From assembly GCA_963725225.1 (NCBI GenBank), contig CAVRXY010000016.1, positions 91,185-155,184 on the forward strand: a DNA stretch of 64,000 nt. The letters run 5' to 3'. The notes under the pieces are model-generated. The model searched no databases. It was given only the letters and a program-made list of their open reading frames with translations, and was not told the origin of the DNA. Position 1 is the first letter of the stretch. Each line of letters opens with the position of its first letter. The DNA is from an uncultured Acidobacteriaceae bacterium (GTDB lineage: Bacteria; Acidobacteriota; Terriglobia; Terriglobales; Acidobacteriaceae). Position numbers and translations under genes: made by a program. Shown one piece after another: positions 7,762 to 17,865 of this stretch.

Positions 7762-8409
7762 TCACAGTTGTTGACGCAAGAGTAATTGAATCAAGCTGCA
7801 GTGCCAGCGTAATGCATCACTCCCTCGGAACGTGGCCTGATCGCAATCAGAAAGCAGGCCATGGTCTGCGCGAAACGGCAGACATGTCCGATCTCCTTCG
7901 GCCTGGCGACGCTGTTCTTCCTTAATGAGCTCGATCACAATTTGGATCAAATCGGCATCGCCCTCGAGGTGCGCTGCCTCAAAGAAGCTTTCTTCGTCGG
8001 CCTCCCGCTGGGTCGAACGGAGGTGGGCAAACCAGATGCGGCGCGCAAAGCGGCGGACCATGGCTGCCAGATCGTTATCGGCACGCACTCCAAGCGCCCC
8101 GTGCAGAAGGTAATCCCGTTGGCATCATCCGCATGGCGCAAGGTTTCGCAACGATTCGATGTACGGATCTCTCTCATGTCCAGCCTCGCGCAGTTTGACA
8201 CGCTCGCTCACGACCAGGCTTTCAACGACCGTCCACTCCAGGCCCGCAGCTCGCACCACGTCCTGGCGCCTCTTAATCGCCTCTACCGGCCACGTTTCGC
8301 CAACGGAAACCTCGTGCAATGCGGTAACGACTGCTTCGGCGCCAGCCTGCCTCGCATCCGAAAGCGTTACTCTGTCGGTCGGACCAAACCATCTCCAGGT
8401 CTGTTGCAT
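7762..8409 (-). pseudogene. uxuA: mannonate dehydratase with an internal ~200-codon deletion
   Basis: 8125-8409 encodes MQQTWRWFGPTDRVTLSDARQAGAEAVVTALH..., matching the E. coli UxuA N-terminus (about residues 1-95). 7762-8088 encodes RADNDLAAMVRRFARRIWFAHLRSTQRE...AAHLEGD...EEQRRQAEG, matching UxuA residues ~298-375. The two pieces are only 36 bp apart. Confidence 0.8.
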
Positions 8410-8412
8410 AAT

Positions 8413-9378
8413 TCACTCCGGAAAATCGATCTGCGAGGTTAATTTCCTTCCACCAGTAAGGGCACAGCTCCCAGCAGAGCGGCACGTTCGCCAAGCTCTG
8501 CGGCACGCACAACCGGCGTACCCCATGCGGCCCACGCATGCTTGTTCAACATGGTCCTGGACAAAAGGCACGATCACATCCGCACGACGCATGACTCCTC
8601 CTCCCATGATCACAACCTCAGGATCGTAGGCATGGATCAATGCAACGGCATTGGCGGCCCATACCTCCAGGCAACGTTGCCGTATCTCAAGTGCGACCTG
8701 ATCACCATGATCGGCGGCATCGAAGAGCACACGGAAATTAAGCTCCGGCTCTCGGGCAAGAGGGCTGGCTGAAAACGCTGGATGCTGCTGAATGATGGCC
8801 GGAAGAGCCCAACCGGAGGCTTCGGCTTCAGCACACCCTACGTTTCCGCATGTGCAGCGCCTCCCGCGGAAATCGACAGGCAAATGGCCGCCAAGGCAGC
8901 CCGCTTGCGCATGAGCGCCGCGCAGCAGACGGCCCTGGATCATCGCGGCTCCTCCAATGCCTGTGCCCAGTGTCATCATTACTACATCGCTTACGTTTTG
9001 AGCGCTTCCGGCAAACTGCTCTCCAAGAAGCGCGAGGCGCGCGTCATTTTCCATACGTAGCGGTAAGCCTAAAGTCTCTCTGCTCCATGCGGCCAGATCC
9101 AGATCTTTCGCATCTTCATACTTCTTAAGAGTGGAGAGGATGTGGCTGGTTCGAACATCGATGATGCCCGGAAAACCGACGGCAAGACCGGAGCATGCAG
9201 CCAGAGGCTCGCCTGCTTCATCCAGAAGCTGCCGCAAGATCTGCACGATAAGCGGCAGGATCGAAGCAATACCCTTCGCGCTCTCCGTTTCGAGTGAAGT
9301 GCTGGCGAGGATGCGTTGATCACGCACAACCGCGCAGCCGATATGTGTTCCGCCCATGTCAAGCGATAAGGCAAGCAT
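8413..9378 (-). CDS. ROK-family sugar kinase (possible 3'-terminal frameshift)
   Basis: LSLDMGGTHIG, the zinc motif CTCGNVGCAEAEASG and VIMGGGV. A typical ROK C-terminus (WGTPVVRAAELGERAALLGAVPLLVEGN*) is found only in another frame, ending at 8439. Confidence 0.8.
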   Translation of the reverse strand: MLALSLDMGGTHIGCAVVRDQRILASTSLETESAKGIASILPLIVQILRQLLDEAGEPLAACSGLAVGFPGIIDVRTSHILSTLKKYEDAKDLDLAAWSRETLGLPLRMENDARLALLGEQFAGSAQNVSDVVMMTLGTGIGGAAMIQGRLLRGAHAQAGCLGGHLPVDFRGRRCTCGNVGCAEAEASGWALPAIIQQHPAFSASPLAREPELNFRVLFDAADHGDQVALEIRQRCLEVWAANAVALIHAYDPEVVIMGGGVMRRADVIVPFVQDHVEQACVGRMGYAGCACRRAWRTCRSAGSCALTGGRKLTSQIDFPE

Positions 9379-9406
9379 CAGAGGTGTCCTATCTGGTCTA
9401 TCCGCA

Positions 9407-10423
9407 TTAAGAAAAGTGTCGGCTCATGCCGGCAAGAATAAAAACAGCAATTACCAGCAAAGCAACTCCGCTCCACTGGATCCCGACGGGCAAACGGCCG
9501 GTGTTCTTCCATTCGCCGGTTACCATGCCCAGCAGGCTTGCGGTAATCACGATGAGCGACATGAAGAGTGGCCATCCAAGGACTGGTCCCCAGGTGCCGA
9601 GTTTCGCCGCAGAAACACCATACAAAAGGGTACTGCCCAGCCAGAGCACGGCCATCACGAATGCCAGCCCCCAATGGCCCGGGCCGCCACGCGCAAATTT
9701 TTGGCTGGTGCGGTTTTTTCGTAAGAGCCATAAACAATACATGAGATTTGGAATCGATCCCGCCAGCATGAGCGGCATCCAGACGGCGTTCGCGGCATTT
9801 AGCTCTGTCGCCCCGAAGTGTCTCGCCGCTTCTGTAAGCCGACCTCCGAAAGCCAGGCCCAGATTTATGAATGAGGCCCCGAAGCCGCAGAGAATAGCGA
9901 GAGCGATGCCGAACGCAGAGCTCTTGTGGGCTTGAGAGTTTTGGCTGAGCGCGTTCTCACGCATGCGTCCGGCGATTGCGCAGACGAGCACCCCGGCTAT
10001 CACCATGGCAACGCCAACGAGCACGCCGCGTCCCGCTGAGGTCTGCAGGCGCTCAGGGTGGAGGTGGATCAGCGGTATGAGCGTACCAACAGCGGCCGAG
10101 GTTCCCAGTACAAGCGAGAAGGTAAGCGCAATGCCGATCGCGTCGACAGCCAGGCCGAAGAAAACCTGTGCCACACCCCATCCCACCCCGAAGAGAATAA
10201 CGGCCAGTAGAACGCCAGGAGCCCCCGACGAATAGATATCTCCGAGATGAGGCACCGTCGCGATGGTAATCGCCGGCGGCAAAATCAGGAGGGCCCAAAT
10301 GGTCCACGCCAGCCAGGTATTTTCCCACGCCCAACGGGAGGTGTACTTCATCGGGAGAGTGAAGCTGGCGTTCATTATGCTGGCCAGCACGAGAATCGTT
10401 AATCCCACGGCGGCATTGCTCAT
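9407..10423 (-). CDS. RhaT-family sugar:proton symporter
   Basis: A 10-TM profile. The N-terminus ILVLASIMNASFTLPMKYTSRWAWENTWL is typical of L-rhamnose-proton symporter-like proteins. It is a paralogue of 18967-19989. Confidence 0.75.
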   Translation of the reverse strand: MSNAAVGLTILVLASIMNASFTLPMKYTSRWAWENTWLAWTIWALLILPPAITIATVPHLGDIYSSGAPGVLLAVILFGVGWGVAQVFFGLAVDAIGIALTFSLVLGTSAAVGTLIPLIHLHPERLQTSAGRGVLVGVAMVIAGVLVCAIAGRMRENALSQNSQAHKSSAFGIALAILCGFGASFINLGLAFGGRLTEAARHFGATELNAANAVWMPLMLAGSIPNLMYCLWLLRKNRTSQKFARGGPGHWGLAFVMAVLWLGSTLLYGVSAAKLGTWGPVLGWPLFMSLIVITASLLGMVTGEWKNTGRLPVGIQWSGVALLVIAVFILAGMSRHFS

Positions 10424-11595
10424 TCCGTGTTCTGCCTCTCTGTCAGAAATTGCAAGATTTCATCGGCGGCAATGACGACGCATTCAGTCTTGTCATGATT
10501 GGTCAGAGTCACGCCTTGCTCTGAGATTCCAATTGCTTCCACCGCTCGCAGGCCGCGCGGAACTCGAGCCGCACAAATCGCATAGCGGGCATAGCCCTTA
10601 GCTCCGCTAGAAAGGCCGCGTGAGACAGGGGAATTGAACAACGTGCCCATCGCATGAATTGCTTCACGACCAAGCGGCATAGGAGTCGTCCCGAACTCCA
10701 TCCCCCTGACCCGGGTGTTTCCATTCCAGGGCGATGAGCTGCGCGCGGCATTTTCTTCCCAAATCGCGATCCACGGAAATTCTTCTCTGCGGAAGCAATA
10801 CACCAGCGCAAGACCTGTTTGTGGATTCAGCGCGGCAAGATAAGACACAGTCGATGTTTCAGCAACATGAGCCGCCCCCAGGAATCCCTTGCCTTCGTGC
10901 TGGAATGGCAGCCGCAGGTCAGTCGTTCCGCCACCGATCGTCGGAGCAATTGGCCATGCAAAGTCCACATTATCCGGCAAGATTTGACTGCCTTCATACC
11001 CATGCGGCCATGTCCTGCAACGGTCGACAGAGGCGCTGAGAAAGCTATCCTCCGCCGAGAGCAAGGGAGGTCCCAGGCTCACATGCTGAACCCAGTGCAC
11101 TTCGCGAGCGTCGGGACCGGTGTTCTTCAGGCACTCCTCCACGTAGAGAACGCTTTGCCTCTTCCCTACTCGGAACGTTCTCGAGAACTCTAATTGCGAA
11201 ACCGGCAATGTGACGTGCATTTTGCAGCCATCGTCCGAAGGCGCCAGTTGCCACATCCTCACCGATGCCTCTCCGTGCAACGGGATACCGCGGACAGCGT
11301 CCTCCGGCGATGGGAGGCCAAAGGTATCAAGGCAAAGGGTATGCCCCGTGTATCCGGCGAGAAACGGTCCTACCGGTATTCCTCCGTACAGCTTTCCGAG
11401 CCGCGGAAATTCGACAGAATCGGGGTCCGCCGTTACCCACGGAGATTCCCACAAAAGATTGGGAGATAGTCCATCCGGATCCGTGATGCGAAGGTCCGCA
11501 ATATGGCCGCCGCCAGCGAGCACCGTCACCTGGAGGCTGCTGTTGTTCAGCGTCAGGGCGTTGCGGTTCTTCCACCGGATAAATTCAGCCCGCAT
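10420..11595 (-). CDS. aldose-epimerase-like (galactose-mutarotase fold / DUF4432-like) protein
   Basis: The start is set at MRAEFIRWKN (11595) to avoid overlap with the SDR gene. LQVTVLAGGGHIADLRI ... GIPLHGEASV ... HWVQHVSLGPPLL. Confidence 0.55.
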   Translation of the reverse strand: MRAEFIRWKNRNALTLNNSSLQVTVLAGGGHIADLRITDPDGLSPNLLWESPWVTADPDSVEFPRLGKLYGGIPVGPFLAGYTGHTLCLDTFGLPSPEDAVRGIPLHGEASVRMWQLAPSDDGCKMHVTLPVSQLEFSRTFRVGKRQSVLYVEECLKNTGPDAREVHWVQHVSLGPPLLSAEDSFLSASVDRCRTWPHGYEGSQILPDNVDFAWPIAPTIGGGTTDLRLPFQHEGKGFLGAAHVAETSTVSYLAALNPQTGLALVYCFRREEFPWIAIWEENAARSSSPWNGNTRVRGMEFGTTPMPLGREAIHAMGTLFNSPVSRGLSSGAKGYARYAICAARVPRGLRAVEAIGISEQGVTLTNHDKTECVVIAADEILQFLTERQNTE

Positions 11596-11632
11596 GATCA
11601 GAGCGCCTGCTGACCCGTGCAAGTGTTCCGCC

Positions 11633-12457
11633 TCATCGCTTGCCCACCGATCCGGTTCCGTCTTCCTGAAAGCCCACTCCACCTGCAGGCACAAGCATGC
11701 CACCATCGACGGTGAGCGCCGCGCCTGTGACGAACGATGCCCAATCGCTGGCCAGAAACGCAATCGCACGAGCGATCTCAATCGGCTGGCCGATCCTTCC
11801 CAGCGGATGCGCGCGCCGGCAGCCTGCTAGCACTGCTTCAGGGTCAGGGGCAAGACCAGCAGCCCAGCGTAGCATCGGCGTATCGATCGCGCCGGGCAAC
11901 ACACAGTTGGCTCGGATATTGCGGCCGGCAAAATCGAGTGCAACCGACCGAGTGAAACCGAGCAGTGCGTGCTTTGCAGTCACATACGCAGCAGAATTTG
12001 CAATCGCGGCCACGCTCTGGACAGATCCAACAATTACGATCGAGCCTTCCTTTGCATCAATCATGTATGGCAAGGAAGAGCGCACCGTATAAAGGCAGCC
12101 ATCGACATGAATGCGCAGGGTTTCATGCCAGGTATCCACGTCGCTCGAAAGAGCATCGCCATAACGCTGGATCCCGGCGCAATGCACCGCTACATGAAGC
12201 GCTCCGTGCTGCTTTGCTGCCGCGTCAATCGCGTTCTGCACACTCTCGAGCCTGGCTACATCACATGCGTGGAAGCTAACAGCATGGCCCGAGCCATTCA
12301 GGCGCTCCATCAAGGCACGGCCATGGACCTCATCCCGATCGAGGATCGCCACACGAGCGCCGAGTTCGGAAAGCAGTTCCACTGTGGCGGCACCGATACC
12401 CATCGCGCCGCCCGTCACGACTGCCACTTTTCCCGCAAAACTGATTCCCATGGTCAC
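11633..12457 (-). CDS. SDR-family oxidoreductase
   Basis: TGGAMGIGAA Rossmann motif and catalytic YVTAKHAL. Confidence 0.85.
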   Translation of the reverse strand: MTMGISFAGKVAVVTGGAMGIGAATVELLSELGARVAILDRDEVHGRALMERLNGSGHAVSFHACDVARLESVQNAIDAAAKQHGALHVAVHCAGIQRYGDALSSDVDTWHETLRIHVDGCLYTVRSSLPYMIDAKEGSIVIVGSVQSVAAIANSAAYVTAKHALLGFTRSVALDFAGRNIRANCVLPGAIDTPMLRWAAGLAPDPEAVLAGCRRAHPLGRIGQPIEIARAIAFLASDWASFVTGAALTVDGGMLVPAGGVGFQEDGTGSVGKR

Positions 12458-15400
12458 TCCGCCTTTGTCTCATGCACGGGCTGCGTCTCAAAGCGGAGTG
12501 TAACAACCCCATACGCCGGAATTGTGAGATGGATACCGTCAGCAGCTACGGGCAGTTCCTTCGATTTTTCCTCCAGAACATTGCACAACCACACGCGATT
12601 GATTCTGAGATAGCTGCTGTTAACCGCAACATTCTCTGCTCGTCCCGCAGATTCTTCCAGCCGCAGAATGCTTCCGTCTCCGTCCTCTGCGGGTTTCCAG
12701 GTTGTCGCCACTACTGACTCAGCGGAAAGATGAAGAAAACTCGCGGACGCACCGTGCAACGCATGCGGAGTTGGACTCGGCCCTACTTGATCGAACTCGA
12801 GAGGCGTCATCGCCTCCCATCCAAGCCGCGTCAATTGCTGTGCGTCAAATCCTTTTGTGCTCACAATTCTGTAGCGGAAGACATAGTCTCCGCCTTGCGA
12901 GGACGCATAGTTGGTGTCCCAGTAGTTCGACATGATCCAGGAAAAAATGGCGCCGCTCCGCGGATGGAAATCAGACGGCCACTCCCCGCGAACGATGTCT
13001 CCGAAGGTGACGATGGGCGCATCCAGCGGAATCACCGCCGCAGTGTCGCCATCGCTGGTCATCGCCGCCCAGTGATTTACGGCATACCACTCACGGCTGC
13101 CGCCTATGAGCTCGTCGCGCGCCGGATTGATCCAGCCGTTCTGTGATTCGTAGCCGAATTCCGGATGATCTCCCGCAAATGGAAACGCGAAATATGCCGC
13201 CTCCTTACGCAGTGTTGCCGTTTTCCGAAGGCCGTAAGTCAGCTCAATACCCTTTTCAGCCGCAGGCAAAGTAATTTCGAGTTGAATATCGGGCGTATTC
13301 GGTGCACTCGAAGTCAGGACGGCCGTCAGCCCATGTGCGTCTCTGGTGATGCTGACCAGCTTTCCGTGCGAAGCCTCTGTCGCATCCAGCTTCGGCAGAT
13401 GCTGCGCCGCGCCATAGCGATACAGGCTATTCCAGGGCATGTCATCAGCGCCTTGAACGTAAATGTAGGAACCAAAAGCAAACGAGCTGTTGCCGTCTAC
13501 GATCTCTCTTTGAAGCTGCTTATCGTAGATGCTGCGAAGGGCCCCGTGTTCAGTGTCCAGGGTGATCCGGTAGTAGGCATTCTCGAGCACGTTGCCTGTC
13601 GACACCGGAAGCGAATCGCGCGGGCCCGCGCTCGAAGTAGTCACCGAAACAATCATGAATGTGCGGTATCCTATTGCCGGGAGATTCTCAGCCCAAAATC
13701 GCACGCGGTTCGTCGGGGCGCCAAAGCCGGGGAGTGGTGTACCAGCCTCGCCATGCAGGATTACCTGCCGCACTGGTTGTCTGGTCGCGGGCTCCACAAT
13801 CATCTGCCCATCCGGTAAATCTGTATCGACCCATCCGCTGCGGTTCCAGCTCAGCGAATTGAAGACCAGAATGGAGTCGTGGTCCACATTGATCACAGAT
13901 TCGAGCTGCGCCCAGCTCTGCTCCACAGTCTTGGCGATGTCGTTGCTTGCGATCACACTTTCCAGGTCCTTCTGCTCCAGCTGGCGCACGGTTTCATCAC
14001 CCTCCGGTTGCGTCGTGGCGCCTGCGGCAGTCCAGGTGTGCTCGTTAAACAGGAGCATGTTTTCCCATGCTTCACGCATGCGCGCCGCATCCGGCCGTAG
14101 CTCCGGATCAAGCAGAGCGGGGAGCACGCTCATCTTTTCGGCAGTCAGGATGCGTTGCTGGCTTCTGCGAAATATCGCTGCATGCCTTGCGTCGGACGTC
14201 AGTCCATCCTCCCAGTAAGGCCCGAAATCTCCCCGGTATACCTTTAGCTGATCCCCGAACTGTTTTTCCAGTGACGCCATCGCATCCTCAAATGTAGTGA
14301 AGACCATCTTTGGATACGCGTACTCACCTGCCCATTCTTGCGGCAGGCTCACCTGCGCGCGGCTGAGCGGAGTATTTTCAAGCTGGCTCCCATAGATGAT
14401 TACCGAGTTCGCCGTATAGTCCGGCCGCGTGTAGGCCTGCAGAAAGACCGGAGTCGCGTCTTCGACGGCCGGCAAGGTTGGCGGCGTCCCATACATCGAG
14501 GACAACTGCAGATAGGCCCGCGAATACCACATCATGACCCGTCCACCATCGGGTCCTTCCCAGTAAAACGGGGATTTCTCGTTCCAGCGGCCAAGCAGCA
14601 CAGCCGGAGCGCGCCACGAATTGCTGCCCGCTGCCAGATATTTCACGCCTGCATCATGCAACACCGATGCGTAGGACCAGCTGTAGGACGGCACGTCCGT
14701 GATGTTGGCCGCGCCAATCGGCAGGCTGTACTTTCCGGCGAGATCATGGCTCCAGTAAAGCGAATGAATCAAGTCTTCCAGCGAAGCAGTACCGGTAAGC
14801 TCATTGGCAAACTGTGCAGGAATGACGATCTGCCCGGCGCGAACTGCTGCGAGGAATTGCTCCTTGCGGTCCTTTGAGCGGCTTTCAAGGTATTGCTGAG
14901 CGACCCAACTGCCATCCAGATTCCAGCGGAAATCCGGTTTCTTCTTCAGGAGATCGAGCACTCCATCGACACTCTGCGATTGCAACTCCGCAACCTTGGG
15001 AGCGTAATCGGTAAAGCCTATGTCAAGGTGCTCATGCGGAACTATGTCCAGGGTCCACTTCTTCGCAGCTTCGATCTTCTGCTGGAATGAATGGCCAGCG
15101 ACAATGAGCGTGGCCTGTGCTTCTCCCTGCCATTCGGGTACGGCGAAACGCAAATGCGCCTCGCCGAACTCCCCTGTAAGAGCGAGAGGCTGAGTAAGCC
15201 GTGTGCCATTGACGGTAAGAACCGCGTCTCCACGCGGTACTGCTCCCGCATGGAAGTCCGGGTAGACGTCGACCATCTCCTGCAACCCTGCCGACGATGT
15301 CTTGTAAAAGATGGTTGGAACAATCGAGGTGTGAATCGAGCCCGATACATAGTGCGCACGTTCATCACAACTAAAGGCGAGCGCGTCGTAGGCGATGCCG

Positions 15401-15981
15401 CTTTGCCCGGGTGCAATATTCCCCATCGACTTTTGTGGCGTCGCCGGTGCATCGATCGCCGTCAGCACGAGAGTATTCGTTCCTCGCTTCAACCATTGCG
15501 TGGGAATATCGATCGTCTTTTCATCGTGTGACGTCTGAGGCACGAATGTGCCTTCCCAGTCTCCGGCGCCATAATCGAGGTGGGGATGGAAGTAAAAGAT
15601 TCCCTGGTGCCCATTCACACTAAGCTGAAGCGCGGACAGGCGCGGCGTCTCATACAGCATGGCGATGCGAAGCTGATAGAGTCCCTTGGGCTCATCCGGT
15701 AGCGTAAAGTTGATCGAAAACGGATGCACGCGTCCGCCCGCAATAGCATTGGCAGATCCTGGCTGAAAACGGGGCCAGTCCGAATCGCTGCTTTTGCCAA
15801 TCGTGTAGATCACATCGGATCGAGGGTCGCCGTAGTCAATACCTTGGCTGCGAAATTCCTGCGAGGAATCATCAAACTTCCCGATTTGCCAAAGGACATG
15901 CTGCTGCGAAAACGCGGGTGCAACGAGCCCGAACATCATCAGGAGCGCGGCAATGCGGTAACGACCGATCACCGATTCCAT
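12454..15981 (-). CDS. secreted GH38-like (alpha-mannosidase family) protein with an N-terminal beta-sandwich/carbohydrate-binding-like module (1175 aa)
   Basis: Signal peptide. VPHEHLDIGFTDY and ITDVPSYSWSY correspond to the GH38 N-domain metal and catalytic motifs. It is a paralogue of 26239-29823. Confidence 0.65.
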   Translation of the reverse strand: MESVIGRYRIAALLMMFGLVAPAFSQQHVLWQIGKFDDSSQEFRSQGIDYGDPRSDVIYTIGKSSDSDWPRFQPGSANAIAGGRVHPFSINFTLPDEPKGLYQLRIAMLYETPRLSALQLSVNGHQGIFYFHPHLDYGAGDWEGTFVPQTSHDEKTIDIPTQWLKRGTNTLVLTAIDAPATPQKSMGNIAPGQSGIAYDALAFSCDERAHYVSGSIHTSIVPTIFYKTSSAGLQEMVDVYPDFHAGAVPRGDAVLTVNGTRLTQPLALTGEFGEAHLRFAVPEWQGEAQATLIVAGHSFQQKIEAAKKWTLDIVPHEHLDIGFTDYAPKVAELQSQSVDGVLDLLKKKPDFRWNLDGSWVAQQYLESRSKDRKEQFLAAVRAGQIVIPAQFANELTGTASLEDLIHSLYWSHDLAGKYSLPIGAANITDVPSYSWSYASVLHDAGVKYLAAGSNSWRAPAVLLGRWNEKSPFYWEGPDGGRVMMWYSRAYLQLSSMYGTPPTLPAVEDATPVFLQAYTRPDYTANSVIIYGSQLENTPLSRAQVSLPQEWAGEYAYPKMVFTTFEDAMASLEKQFGDQLKVYRGDFGPYWEDGLTSDARHAAIFRRSQQRILTAEKMSVLPALLDPELRPDAARMREAWENMLLFNEHTWTAAGATTQPEGDETVRQLEQKDLESVIASNDIAKTVEQSWAQLESVINVDHDSILVFNSLSWNRSGWVDTDLPDGQMIVEPATRQPVRQVILHGEAGTPLPGFGAPTNRVRFWAENLPAIGYRTFMIVSVTTSSAGPRDSLPVSTGNVLENAYYRITLDTEHGALRSIYDKQLQREIVDGNSSFAFGSYIYVQGADDMPWNSLYRYGAAQHLPKLDATEASHGKLVSITRDAHGLTAVLTSSAPNTPDIQLEITLPAAEKGIELTYGLRKTATLRKEAAYFAFPFAGDHPEFGYESQNGWINPARDELIGGSREWYAVNHWAAMTSDGDTAAVIPLDAPIVTFGDIVRGEWPSDFHPRSGAIFSWIMSNYWDTNYASSQGGDYVFRYRIVSTKGFDAQQLTRLGWEAMTPLEFDQVGPSPTPHALHGASASFLHLSAESVVATTWKPAEDGDGSILRLEESAGRAENVAVNSSYLRINRVWLCNVLEEKSKELPVAADGIHLTIPAYGVVTLRFETQPVHETKAE

Positions 15982-16152
15982 ACACCGGTCCAGAGCGCCT
16001 GTTCATTGTCGAATGCAAGCCCCTCCGGATGATCGAGGCCGTTGACAAATGTGGTAAAAGCCTCTTTGGGAAGCAGCGGCTTGTCTGCGGGCTGGAAAGT
16101 TGTCATTTCGCTAATCATTGCCGGATTCGTCGTGATCTTACAATCGCATTAT

Positions 16153-16160
16153 ATGATCAT
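16153..16160. promoter_or_regulatory. ATGATCAT palindrome in the divergent promoter region (possible DeoR-type operator)
   Basis: The same 8-mer occurs twice at 36296-36316, upstream of the phosphomannose-isomerase gene. Confidence 0.3.
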
Positions 16161-16206
16161 AATTGGCTTTTATAATCATATATTGTGATACTTACGCTTG
16201 ACATTC

Positions 16207-16219
16207 TGTATACAGTATG
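16207..16219 (-). promoter_or_regulatory. operator-like motif CATACTGTATACA (read on the minus strand) between the divergent GH38 and RraA operons
   Basis: The identical 13-mer occurs at 22202-22214 and 33265-33277. Here the core extends to the 10-bp palindrome CTGTATACAG. Confidence 0.6.
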
Positions 16220-16286
16220 CCAAACTTGGCAAACTATAAATGGAGCTACCTCTTTTCCTGCCAGGGCAGCGAACAATGGAGGGGGA

Positions 16287-16979
16287 ATGACCGATTGGAG
16301 TACTGACGATGAACTCTTTACTCTTGCAGAACGCGAATTGTTCACCTGTGTCGTCGGCGACATCATGGACACGCTCCATCTCTATCACCAGTTTCTTCCG
16401 CCACAAATCCGGCCAATTACGAACGACATCATCGTGATAGGACGCGCCATGCCTGTCCTCTGCGGAGACGTTTTTGAGCAGTCATCGCAGGACTCGGCGA
16501 ATAAGGTTATGGCGCAGCCCTTCGGCCTGATGCTGGAAGCTCTGGACGACCTGCGGAAAAACGAGATCTATATCTGCACCGGCTCTTCTCCGCGAAACGC
16601 CAACTGGGGAGAAATGATGGCGACGCGCGCCAGCCTGCTTGGAGCAAGAGGCGCGGTTCTCGACGGATATTATCGGGATACAAAGGGACTAATGAGAATG
16701 GGGTTCCCAACCTTTGGCTACGGTTCCTACGGCCAGGACTCAGCCCCCCGCTATAAAGTGCACGATTTCCGGGTGCCGATTGAGATAGGGACGGTGCGGA
16801 TTCATCCCGGCGATATCATCTTTGGCGACATCGACGGAGTATGCGTCGTTCCTCAGGAAGCATCACAGGAGATTTTCAGCAAAGCCCTCGAAAAAGCCCG
16901 CAGCGAGAAGCTCGTCAAGAAGGCCCTTGAAGGTGGGGTAACCGCCGTCGCCGCTTATCGCGAACACGGAATCATGTAA
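16287..16979 (+). CDS. RraA-family protein (HMG/CHA-aldolase-like)
   Basis: ATG with GGAGGGGG upstream. GEMMATRASLLGARGAVLDGYYRDTKGL is the family signature. Confidence 0.75.
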   Translation: MTDWSTDDELFTLAERELFTCVVGDIMDTLHLYHQFLPPQIRPITNDIIVIGRAMPVLCGDVFEQSSQDSANKVMAQPFGLMLEALDDLRKNEIYICTGSSPRNANWGEMMATRASLLGARGAVLDGYYRDTKGLMRMGFPTFGYGSYGQDSAPRYKVHDFRVPIEIGTVRIHPGDIIFGDIDGVCVVPQEASQEIFSKALEKARSEKLVKKALEGGVTAVAAYREHGIM

Positions 16980-17080
16980 AGAGCTTCCATATATCTCAAG
17001 ACTCGCGTACCGAAATTCTGACTTGCTTTCCAGGCGCACAAACTGCGCAGCTGGTTTTCATGGTCGAGGGGGTAAATCTT

Positions 17081-17858
17081 ATGGCCAGCATTGATCTGTC
17101 GCAAAAAACCATCCTCATTACAGGTTCCCTAGGAGCGATTGCCGAACATATCGTCCGCAGGCTCAGTGAAGCCGGGGCCTTTCTTGTTCTCACCGATGCA
17201 AAGCCGGCTTCAGAGGCTCTTTCTATCATCGAAGGCTGGAATATTCCCGTATCCAGGTACCTCTACCGCGAGTTAGACGTGACAAATTCATCTGCTGTAG
17301 AGGCAGTCAGTGGGTGAGATGCTGAGCCGCTTCGCGAATCTGGACACGGTCCTGGGCCATGCCGGAGGCTGCGGACTCCATCCATTCGTCGAAACCTCGG
17401 AAGCCGGCTTCGATCGCATCTTCCGGTTCAATTATTTTTCGCAGACGTATCTGGCGCGCGCTGTAATTACGCACTGGCTGCGTAATAAGACCGCCGGCCA
17501 CCTCATATTCACTTCATCCTATGTGGCCCAGATTCCTCACACCCGGATACCAGCCTACGCGACTGCCAAGGCTGCGCTGGAGCATCTTACCCGCTGCCTT
17601 GCGCTCGAACACGCGCCCGCAGGCATAAGGGTCAATGCGATTGCTCCCGGAAACGTTGCCGCAGGCAGCTCGCTGAAAGTCTTTGAAGAGGACAAGGAGT
17701 ATCGGGAGTTTGTCCTTCGCGTCGCCCCCATGGGCAAACGCAACTCACCCGAAGCGATTGCGGATGCCTTTGCATTCCTCTGCTCAGAAATGGCAGAGGA
17801 AATCACAGGCCAGATACTTCGAGTGGACTACGGCGTTAGCATTCCCAAAATTGGCTGA
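17081..17858 (+). CDS. SDR-family oxidoreductase, reading frame broken near 17308-17312
   Basis: The Rossmann part (ILITGSLGAIAEHI) lies in frame 17060-17317. The catalytic part (YATAKAALEHL, IRVNAIAPG) lies in frame 17310-17858. The junction reads ...SSAVEAV|VGEMLSRFANLD. Confidence 0.75.
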
Positions 17859-17865
17859 TACAAAT

